From contig SYNW01000032.1 of NCBI GenBank assembly GCA_005805045.1, positions 1-43,605 of the forward strand: a stretch of 43,605 nucleotides of DNA. Direction: 5' to 3'. Of this stretch, positions 20,230-27,320 are shown in pieces. Under the pieces are notes generated by a model. That model was not told where the DNA came from. It saw nothing but the letters and a program-made list of their open reading frames with translations, and searched no databases. Positions within the stretch are counted from its first letter, which is position 1. The number at the start of each line of letters is the position of its first letter. The translations under genes were made by a program, and so were the position numbers. The DNA comes from Actinomycetota bacterium. Its GTDB lineage: Bacteria > Actinomycetota > Acidimicrobiia > Acidimicrobiales > Ilumatobacteraceae.

Positions 20230-20706
20230 TCAACTCTTCTTCGTCAACGGACGACCATAACTAGACGAAACAACTTCTTTAGCTGTGACCACCCCGCGCT
20301 TTTGCCACCAACTGAACAGATAGATCATCAGGCCAATATAGAAAACGTGGATGACCACGACGATGATGTCACGAATTGCTTCGTAACTAATGGTGATCGG
20401 AAAGCTTCCACCAACGGTGTCGGACTTCAAAATGTTGAACGGCCCGTAGACGAGTTTGTCTTTTCGCCAACCCAATTCTTTGTCGGCGTGGTCGATGAAT
20501 TGGTGCGGCACAACACCGAACGCAAGAAACAATACGAGGAAGATGTAAGCGGATCCGAGCATCGCTTCACCCCAAGTTGCCTTTCGATCAAACTTTCGAC
20601 GTTGGCCGATCGGAATGACCACAAGACTCATGGCGGTGGTGACTACAAACGAAAACAGGAACGCTTGATTGACCCCTGGCCACCTGAGAATGTCTATTGC
20701 GAGCAT
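20230..20706 (-). CDS. Small membrane protein of unknown function, first gene of the b6c-type module
   Basis: 158-aa ORF with about 3 TM helices (FLFSFVVTTAMSLVVIPI, AYIFLVLFLAFGVV, IIVVVIHVFYIGLMIYLF). ATG start; its stop is 3 nt before the ferredoxin start. Confidence 0.6.
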   Translation of the reverse strand: MLAIDILRWPGVNQAFLFSFVVTTAMSLVVIPIGQRRKFDRKATWGEAMLGSAYIFLVLFLAFGVVPHQFIDHADKELGWRKDKLVYGPFNILKSDTVGGSFPITISYEAIRDIIVVVIHVFYIGLMIYLFSWWQKRGVVTAKEVVSSSYGRPLTKKS

Positions 20707-20944
20707 CGCTTGAGGGCTTGCCTTTCCTCGTAAAATCTGTTTTTAGCCTAGTCGGGCTGGCATTAAGCACGGTATTTGCAAGACGATTGTTGATGACTCG
20801 TTGGTCACAGAAGTTGCGCATCGCTCAACATTCATCGTCGCTGATGTGTCTTATTTTTTGGTTGTGCATTCGTGAACTTCTTAATCTCGACCTCGATGCG
20901 TCTAACCTGTTGAAAGATAGTTAGTAATCGATTCAAGGAGAATT

Positions 20945-21769
20945 GTGGCTGGAATACCCGAGCATCTACTTAAGCGGGCTCAAGAAGCACGCGACAAAGC
21001 AGCCGGCAAAACTCCTGCCGCGGATGCCGGTGAATCGACGCCAAATCTTCCCGCTAAAACATCTGAAGCCAAACCTGTGCCGGCCGCCCAAGTTGCGAGT
21101 GCTCCGCCACCACCGCCCCCAGATCCAAGTTACGTAGTCGCCGCCAACACACGAAAAAAGATTCCATTTTGGGCAATGGCCACTTTGAGTCTCCTGCCTT
21201 TTTGGGCACTGTTGTATGCCTTGTCGGTCAAGCCTCAAGAAAAAACGGTTGAAGGTCCGCTTGCAATAGGCGCAGCAGTTTACGGAACGTGCGCAGGATG
21301 TCACGGTGTGGCCGGAGCCGGTGGCGCTGGACGCGCTCTGCACCAAGGTGAAGTCTTGAAAACTTTCCCAAAGATCGAAGACATGTTGAACTTCGTCTAC
21401 ACAGGTTCGCAAGCGTTTGTTTCTGCCGAGATCAAAATTTATGGCGACCCTAATCGCGAAGGTGGGGCGCACGAAACGCTTTCATACAACGGCAACCCGA
21501 TGCCGCAACAAGGAGAAAAATACGGTGGCGGTCTGACCGACGCAGAAATTCTCGGAGTCGTATGCCATGAAAGATACGAAATCGGTGGTGCCGACCAAGA
21601 GAGCGAAGAATGGAAGAGCGAGTTCGAGATGTGGTGCTCGCCTGAGTCTGAAATATTTCAAGGTCTCGAAAACGGATCAGTGAACTACGACAATCTTGCT
21701 GAAACATTTGCAGCGTTGCCGATGCCGCCGACGAATGTCAGCACAGACCCCCGCCCCTCAGGAAAATAG
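20945..21769 (+). CDS. Membrane-anchored monohaem c-type cytochrome
   Basis: Single CxxCH (TCAGCHG) with a downstream NGNPMPQQG candidate Met ligand. It has a cytoplasmic N-terminus, a Pro/Ala-rich linker and one TM helix (IPFWAMATLSLLPFWALLYAL). GTG start is preceded by AAGGAG. Confidence 0.8.
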   Translation: MAGIPEHLLKRAQEARDKAAGKTPAADAGESTPNLPAKTSEAKPVPAAQVASAPPPPPPDPSYVVAANTRKKIPFWAMATLSLLPFWALLYALSVKPQEKTVEGPLAIGAAVYGTCAGCHGVAGAGGAGRALHQGEVLKTFPKIEDMLNFVYTGSQAFVSAEIKIYGDPNREGGAHETLSYNGNPMPQQGEKYGGGLTDAEILGVVCHERYEIGGADQESEEWKSEFEMWCSPESEIFQGLENGSVNYDNLAETFAALPMPPTNVSTDPRPSGK

Positions 21770-21832
21770 ATCGAAACCGAGATCAACCCCCTTGATCTTT
21801 CCAGCGAAGTAAAAAAAATACTTCGCACAGAA

Positions 21833-23062
21833 GTGCTCGTCATCGGTGGAGGGCCAGCCGGTGCAGCTGCCGGATTTTGGTTGGCGAAACTTGGACACGA
21901 TGTAACGATTGTCGAGCGCAAAAAGTTTCCACGTGAAAAAACCTGTGGTGACGGTCTTACACCGCGTGCCGTGAAACAGCTGGACGACATGGGGCTGAGC
22001 ACAGGGCTTGAAAAATTTCATCGCTACGAGGGTCTTCGCGCAACTGCCCATGGCATCGCTCTCGAACTGCAATGGCCGACTCATCCGATTTACCCGCGCT
22101 ACGGCTATGTTGTGCGGCGCCGTGAACTTGACATGATGGTCGCTCACAACGCGCGAAATGCCGGGGCAAAACTTCTTGAAGAACATGAAGCCGCGGCGCC
22201 GATCACGGAAAAGGGTTGCGTTCGTGGCGCAATGATCACCAACAAAAAAGACGACACGACCGTTGCGCTTCACGCCGACTATGTGGTCATCGCCGATGGT
22301 GCGAACTCTCGCTTCGGCCGAAGCATGGGCACCTCGCGAGAGAGGGCTTGGCCCTACGGCACTGCGATTCGCACATACTGGCAGAGTCCAAGGCACAAAG
22401 AACCGTGGATCGAATCGGCGCTGGACGTAAAGGACCGCAACGGAAAGTCAATGCCGGGATACGGATGGATATTTCCGGTCGGCGACGGAACCATAAATAT
22501 CGGTGTCGGATTACTGTCGACATTCAAGAACTTCAAAGATGTCAACACATCTCACCTGCTCGACTCATATGCGCACATGGTCGCCGACAAATGGGAGATT
22601 GATCCGACCAAACCAGAGTGCAAAGCCACCAGCGGAAAGATTCCGATGGGCGGATCAGTCGGGCCAAAAGTTGGACCTACCCACATCGTGATTGGCGATG
22701 CTGCCGGCAGCGTCAACCCATTTAATGGTGAGGGCATCGACTATGCCTACGAGACTGCGCATATGGCTGCCGAGGTGATCCATGATGCGTTGATCTCGGG
22801 CGATGCGACGGCATTGAAGCGTTACGAGCAACTAATCGAAGACGAGTACGGTCAGTATTTTAAAGTGGCGCGACTTTTTGCGCGAATAATTGGCAAACCA
22901 ATTTTGATGCGCGAACTTTCGCGAGTGGGTATTCACAGCCGAACTTTGATGGAGTGGGTGTTACGAATCATGGCCAACTTGTTGCGACCAGACGAGATTG
23001 GGCCGGCCGAAGCCGCATACAAGGCGGCCGCAGCAATCGTCCGTCTATATCCCAACGCCTAA
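21833..23062 (+). CDS. Geranylgeranyl reductase family flavoprotein (menaquinone side-chain reductase-like)
   Basis: N-terminal FAD fold VLVIGGGPAGAAAGFWLAKLGHDVTIVERKKFPREKTCGDGLTP and about 409 aa in length. GTG is the only start available after the upstream in-frame stop. Confidence 0.8.
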   Translation: MLVIGGGPAGAAAGFWLAKLGHDVTIVERKKFPREKTCGDGLTPRAVKQLDDMGLSTGLEKFHRYEGLRATAHGIALELQWPTHPIYPRYGYVVRRRELDMMVAHNARNAGAKLLEEHEAAAPITEKGCVRGAMITNKKDDTTVALHADYVVIADGANSRFGRSMGTSRERAWPYGTAIRTYWQSPRHKEPWIESALDVKDRNGKSMPGYGWIFPVGDGTINIGVGLLSTFKNFKDVNTSHLLDSYAHMVADKWEIDPTKPECKATSGKIPMGGSVGPKVGPTHIVIGDAAGSVNPFNGEGIDYAYETAHMAAEVIHDALISGDATALKRYEQLIEDEYGQYFKVARLFARIIGKPILMRELSRVGIHSRTLMEWVLRIMANLLRPDEIGPAEAAYKAAAAIVRLYPNA

Positions 23063-23066
23063 ATCT

Positions 23067-23681
23067 CTAGCCGGTGCAAACAACTTCGTCGACTTGGTCG
23101 TCGATCAAATTCAACTTGGTCATGGCTTTGTCGGGAGAATAGTCGTTAATAAATTCGCGAAGAGTACCGGTGCTTTCGCCACAAGTTTTCTTAACACCGT
23201 TTGCCAAGCGCACAATCCATCCATTTGCCAAGACCCCACGACTGCCCGAGTCGAGCATGTCGACAAGGCTCGGTAACTCGAGTACGCGTGTCGGTTTTTC
23301 ACCGTTCGTATCGGTGAGCGCAAACCACATCACCGAGTCACCGAACATGTTGGCTAAAAATACGCAACTTGAGTCCGTGCCAATGTCCGTGCAGCTGTTT
23401 TCTGCTGGCGTATCGGCTGCGATAAATACTTCTCGACCATCATCAAGCGAGACAGATGCTTCGCCGACAGTTCTGCCGTTCTCTATTCGCCAACCTTCAC
23501 TTTGTCTGAAAGTGTTCGCTACCGCCACCATCTCGATGTTTTTTTCAACATCTTTTGAAATTGAACCAGTTTCGTCACTTCGACCAAAGCAGTCATTACA
23601 GGATAAAAACGCCAAAAAAATTCCGGCGACTATCAGCAACCCAAAGGCGGCCCACAATCGCGAATTGAATAACTGACGCAC
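23067..23681 (-). CDS. Secreted or membrane-anchored Cys-containing protein, unknown function
   Basis: 204-aa ORF with an N-terminal signal/anchor (LWAAFGLLIVAGIFLAFLSC) and several Cys residues. It lies 45 nt downstream of rex on the same strand. Confidence 0.55.
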   Translation of the reverse strand: MRQLFNSRLWAAFGLLIVAGIFLAFLSCNDCFGRSDETGSISKDVEKNIEMVAVANTFRQSEGWRIENGRTVGEASVSLDDGREVFIAADTPAENSCTDIGTDSSCVFLANMFGDSVMWFALTDTNGEKPTRVLELPSLVDMLDSGSRGVLANGWIVRLANGVKKTCGESTGTLREFINDYSPDKAMTKLNLIDDQVDEVVCTG

Positions 23682-23726
23682 CCTCTAAGGCTACGCGCGT
23701 TGCGCGTCGGGCATTAACCGGGTTGC

Positions 23727-24413
23727 TTAAACAGGAACCGCGTTTGACTCTTGCTGATTCTTTGAATCAGTCTGCTCAATGCGCATTTGCTCGTAATAAC
23801 TCAAGATTTGTAGTTCGACACCCAGATCAACATTGCGCACCGAAACACTGCTCGGGATTGCCAAAACGATCGGCGCAAAGTTCAGGATCGAAGCAATACC
23901 GGCTTCAATTAGCGCATCGGCCGCCGACTGTGCCGCGGAAGTTGAAGTTGTAATCGCGCCGATAGTCACTTCTAAATCTCTGACAAGTTTTTGCAAGTTG
24001 CGCACATCCGAAACTTTCAGCGCACCGGTCAACTGACCAATCTTTTTCGGGTCGTTATCAACAATGCCGACTACCGGAAACCCGCGTGGCGCGAAACCAC
24101 CAAACTTTGCGAGCGCACAACCTAAATTGCCAGCACCAACGACAACGACATTCCACTCTCGCATCAAGCCAAGTTCACGCCTGATTTGATGAATCAAATA
24201 CGTGACTTCATAGCCGACACCGCGAGTTCCGTAACTTCCAAGATACGAAAGATCTTTTCGAACCTTGGCCGCATTCACTCCAGCCAATGCGGCAAGTTCA
24301 TCACTCGAAAAACGAACGACATTTGTTGCGTGCAAATTGTTTAGGATTTGCAAATATACGGGCAGTCGGGCAACCGCTGCATCGGGGATTCTGCGTCTTT
24401 GTAATTGGGTCAT
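23727..24413 (-). CDS. rex: Redox-sensing transcriptional repressor Rex
   Basis: Winged-helix block RLPVYLQILNNL...DLSYLGSYGTRGVGYEV followed by a Rossmann motif VVVVGAGNLGCALA. I start at ATG 24411-24413 (MTQLQRRRIP). The track's upstream extension to 24503 adds 30 non-conserved residues and would cover the operator. Confidence 0.88.
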   Translation of the reverse strand: MTQLQRRRIPDAAVARLPVYLQILNNLHATNVVRFSSDELAALAGVNAAKVRKDLSYLGSYGTRGVGYEVTYLIHQIRRELGLMREWNVVVVGAGNLGCALAKFGGFAPRGFPVVGIVDNDPKKIGQLTGALKVSDVRNLQKLVRDLEVTIGAITTSTSAAQSAADALIEAGIASILNFAPIVLAIPSSVSVRNVDLGVELQILSYYEQMRIEQTDSKNQQESNAVPV

Positions 24414-24430
24414 GGCCTCAGGGTAGGGCT

Positions 24431-24448
24431 TCGTGCAGAATTTCACAA
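24431..24448. promoter_or_regulatory. Rex-operator-like (also CRP-like) palindrome
   Basis: TCGTGCAGAATTTCACAA compared with the Streptomyces Rex operator consensus TTGTGAA-N4-TTCACAA. The right half is perfect and the left half matches 5/7. It sits 17 nt upstream of the rex ATG and 48 nt upstream of the divergent membrane-protein ORF. Confidence 0.5.
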
Positions 24449-24496
24449 AGTTAAACCACGAAAGACATGGATTTACCAAGATTTTGAACGCGACTT

Positions 24497-25291
24497 TTGG
24501 CACCCAGTTATCGTGCTTGCGTGCTGCAAACCCAAATTATTGCCGAAGTTGACCAGTTAAATTCGGTTTTGGCCGGCAGTGCGGCGCTTGTCGCCAGCGC
24601 TTTTGCCCTCAGCACTTTTGACCGCTGGCATCGACGAAACCAGCCCCATGAAATGGCGTGGACGATCGCCATGATTTTGTTCGCGATCGGCTCAGGGGCA
24701 CTGTGGTGGGCCGAAGCAACTGGTTGGTCGTTATTCGTATTTCGAATCTTTTTCCTCGCGGGTGCTGTACTCAATGTGGCGTGGCTTGCGCTAGGCACGA
24801 TTTATTTATTGGCAAACAAAAAAATTGCCGACCACTTGCGCAACGCACTAATTATCTTGAGCGCCTTCAGCATCGGCGTGATCATCTCGACGCCGACCAA
24901 ACGAGAGATCGTTGACGGTGAATTTCCCGCTGCCCGAGAATTGTTTGGCGTCCTACCGCGAGCCATGGCAGCAATCGGCTCTGGGATACCGGCCTTAGTT
25001 ATCCTGATCGGCGCATTCTGGTCGACCTGGCGCGTATTGAAATCTCAGGCACCAAATCTGAACTCGGCGATTCTCAGAACGGTGACTTCACCCAAACGGC
25101 TCGCCGTTGGCAATTTGTTGATAGCCCTCGGCACGATCGTGCTTTCGGCCAGTGGCACACTTGCTGGTCGGCTCGGCAAAGATCGTGCGTTCGCCGTAAC
25201 ACTGCTGGTCGGCTTGTGCATTTTGTTTATTGGATTTTTAGTTTCCAGCAACTCAACGCGATCGCAACAACGACTACCTGCCGACGATTGA
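24497..25291 (+). CDS. Polytopic membrane protein, unknown function
   Basis: 264-aa ORF (TTG start in the track; the true start may be slightly downstream) with about 6-7 hydrophobic helices. Divergent from rex. Confidence 0.55.
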   Translation: MAPSYRACVLQTQIIAEVDQLNSVLAGSAALVASAFALSTFDRWHRRNQPHEMAWTIAMILFAIGSGALWWAEATGWSLFVFRIFFLAGAVLNVAWLALGTIYLLANKKIADHLRNALIILSAFSIGVIISTPTKREIVDGEFPAARELFGVLPRAMAAIGSGIPALVILIGAFWSTWRVLKSQAPNLNSAILRTVTSPKRLAVGNLLIALGTIVLSASGTLAGRLGKDRAFAVTLLVGLCILFIGFLVSSNSTRSQQRLPADD

Positions 25292-25367
25292 AAAAATTCC
25301 AGCAATAAAAATCACGGCAAGCAACAGCGCCATCGTCAGAGTCGTGGCTGGTCGCACGATTCAAACT

Positions 25368-26261
25368 TTATCTCTTCGGAGCAATCTTCACCGGGGTCGG
25401 GATTGACTTCGTTTGATCAGCCTCGGTTAGTCGCGACAAAATAACCAGGTCTCCTTGGCCAATGCTCAGTTCTCGAGCCGCCGATCCTCGATCAACACAA
25501 ATTGAGAGCATGCCATAAGAATCAATGACAAGCCCGAGCCCACTGCCGATTGCGTCGTAACTTCGCACGATTTTTAACGACCGCACAACCTGTTCATGGC
25601 TTGCGCTCGCACCACTCAGCAACGAACCAATTTCGACACGCAGAACTTCGCCCATCGACGCGACCTCATCCGGGCCGATATTGAGTTGGCAATTTCCAAA
25701 ACGATCGACCCAAGTCACCTCACCGTGTAGAGCGCCTTTCTCTTCTCGCGGTATGGGCACGACACCCGGCAATAAGAGCGCGGGATCAATCATTTCTCCA
25801 AGTTCGCTCAGGTCAACACCATTGCACAGGTGCGCTGCGACAGGTCCAAAAATATCGCGACCAGCAAAGGTTTCACCTGGACTCACCAAGTGATATTTGG
25901 TGTTAGTCAGACATACAGCCCGACCAGCGCCGCCAGCCAGAGCAATGGCCATTGCCAGCAACCCATTATCTGGACCTACAAAAACACCTTTGCCATCCAA
26001 CACTTCTACGGCAACCCCGCGCCGCGATGACCCTACGCCTGGATCAACCACCGCCAGCACTACGCCACTCGCGATGTACGACACCGATCGCGCCAACGAC
26101 AACGAACCGGCACGCACATCAAACGGTTCGATTTCGTGTGTCAAATCCACCACGCGAGATTGCGGTGCAATTTCGTAGATCACACTTTTGACGACACCGA
26201 CAAACTCGTCTCGTGTTCCATAGTCAGAAAGAAATGAAATGGTCTCGTACTTGTTTGTCAT
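25368..26261 (-). CDS. SAM hydroxide adenosyltransferase / SAM hydrolase (DUF62, chlorinase-fluorinase fold family)
   Basis: N-terminal block ISFLSDYGTRDEFVGVVKSVIYEIAP and VLAVVDPGVGSSRRGVAVE are typical of DUF62 proteins. I start at ATG 26259-26261 (MTNKYETISF) rather than the track's 26333. Confidence 0.8.
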   Translation of the reverse strand: MTNKYETISFLSDYGTRDEFVGVVKSVIYEIAPQSRVVDLTHEIEPFDVRAGSLSLARSVSYIASGVVLAVVDPGVGSSRRGVAVEVLDGKGVFVGPDNGLLAMAIALAGGAGRAVCLTNTKYHLVSPGETFAGRDIFGPVAAHLCNGVDLSELGEMIDPALLLPGVVPIPREEKGALHGEVTWVDRFGNCQLNIGPDEVASMGEVLRVEIGSLLSGASASHEQVVRSLKIVRSYDAIGSGLGLVIDSYGMLSICVDRGSAARELSIGQGDLVILSRLTEADQTKSIPTPVKIAPKR

Positions 26262-26289
26262 GGCAGGTTCACGATACTGAGAAACGTAA

Positions 26290-26383
26290 GAGCCGGTGCC
26301 AACCCCCCGACGGCACCGGCTCAAACGGCGCAACTCTCGCGAGCGCGACTCCCAGTTGGGGGGTTACCCCGTCCGGTGATCTT
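26290..26383 (-). promoter_or_regulatory. Candidate structured 5' leader (hairpin plus competing and pseudoknot-capable segments) upstream of the SAM hydrolase gene
   Basis: 11-bp perfect stem 26290-26300/26312-26322 with an 11-nt loop. On the minus-strand RNA the loop is GUCGGGGGGUU. An upstream AACCCCCC (complement of 26358-26365) can pair with that loop. An upstream CACCGG (complement of 26373-26378) duplicates part of the 3' arm and can compete for the 5' arm. Confidence 0.3.
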
Positions 26384-26456
26384 GCGACATTTCTGTTTCT
26401 TACTTTAGACACAAATTAGGGGGATACAACCAAAACTGCAAGAAAAAACTTCGAAA

Positions 26457-27257
26457 TTATTTTCCCAGTTCTTTGCTGCGTTTTGTCGCAGCACTTACTG
26501 CTGAACCTATAATCTCGGAGAATTGTTTACCAACCAACTCGGCAATTCCGGCTGCCGTGGTGCCGTTAGGTGAAGTTACTTTTTTACGCAACTGCTCTGG
26601 CGTCTCAGAACTTTCGGCGAGCAACAACGAAGAACCCACCAACAGTTGTACAACCAATTCATTCGAATCTTTAGCGGACAGTCCTTGTTGCACGCCCGCG
26701 GCAATCAATGCTTCAGCCAAAAGAAACACATAAGCGGGTCCACTTCCAGAAAGACCCGTCACGGCATCGAGCAAATTCTCTTGCACTTCAACCACGGTGC
26801 CGACGCTGGATAAAATATCCCTCGCCCACTTTTTGTTTTGAGGTGTGCACTGCGCACTCGCCGCCATCGCCGATGCACCTTGACCGATGAGTGCCGGTGT
26901 ATTCGGCATTGCTCGCACCACGGCTACCGAAGTTTTTAATGAACCCTCAATCGACGAAATCGTGACACCGGCGGCAATAGACAAAATCTGTTTCACGCCA
27001 GCAGTAGCGACCGCACGACAAACATCCGCAACTTCCATCGGTTTGACCGCCAAAACTACCGACTCGCACTCGGGCAACTTTGTTGTGATCTCTAGTTGCG
27101 GGAACTGATCGTTTAATTCAGTGATGCGTGAATTTTCTCTTTCGACAATCACCAGTTGCGAGCGTGAAAACCCGCTCGCGAGCAAACCGCGCGCCAACGC
27201 CGAGCCCATGTTGCCCCCGCCGATAATGCAGAGAGTGGGATTGATCGCCTCGCTCAC
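26457..27257 (-). CDS. proC: Pyrroline-5-carboxylate reductase
   Basis: N-terminal dinucleotide fold LCIIGGGNMGSALARGLLASG and the C-terminal block VTSPNGTTAAGI. 266 aa with a GTG start. Confidence 0.88.
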   Translation of the reverse strand: MSEAINPTLCIIGGGNMGSALARGLLASGFSRSQLVIVERENSRITELNDQFPQLEITTKLPECESVVLAVKPMEVADVCRAVATAGVKQILSIAAGVTISSIEGSLKTSVAVVRAMPNTPALIGQGASAMAASAQCTPQNKKWARDILSSVGTVVEVQENLLDAVTGLSGSGPAYVFLLAEALIAAGVQQGLSAKDSNELVVQLLVGSSLLLAESSETPEQLRKKVTSPNGTTAAGIAELVGKQFSEIIGSAVSAATKRSKELGK

Positions 27258-27320
27258 TTTTTAATCACGTCATTCAGGCTAGTTAGGCACACTCGAACCA
27301 CCCAACGACTTCCCCGAACG

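Noticed and set aside
653-20733. Many sizeable plus-strand ORFs inside the nuo / b6c block (for example 653-1060, 7951-8298, 8436-8912, 9224-9781, 10511-11005, 11536-12258, 17765-18280, 20104-20733).
   Set aside because: They are antisense shadows of minus-strand genes that carry unmistakable complex I or cytochrome motifs. Their translations are low-complexity (R/H/Q/S/T-rich) with no recognisable domains.
20862-20879. TTGTGCATTCGTGAACTT as a Rex operator upstream of the respiratory block.
   Set aside because: Only the left half-site resembles TTGTGAA; the right half matches TTCACAA at 3 of 7 positions. This is too weak to call without a PWM scan or conservation data.
21758-22396. 212-aa minus-strand ORF.
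   Set aside because: It is antisense to the geranylgeranyl reductase-like gene, whose FAD-binding motif is clear. The ORF has no motifs and atypical composition.
24414-24503. Upstream extension of rex (track start 24503) and similar long-ORF extensions of the SAM hydrolase (26262-26333), glnII (33302-33499), glnR (35937-36008), ispF (41862-41885) and rlmB (42310-42390).
   Set aside because: In each case the extension overlaps the neighbouring gene or a regulatory spacer and precedes the point where conserved family sequence begins. An internal ATG placed right after the upstream stop, or next to a ribosome-binding site, is more plausible.
26291-26321. Hairpin with a six-C loop on the plus strand as a possible actinobacterial 6C sRNA.
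   Set aside because: 6C RNA has two stem-loops, each with a C-rich loop, followed by a terminator. I find only one such loop on the plus strand, and the partner element is G-rich. The pairing pattern fits a minus-strand leader better.
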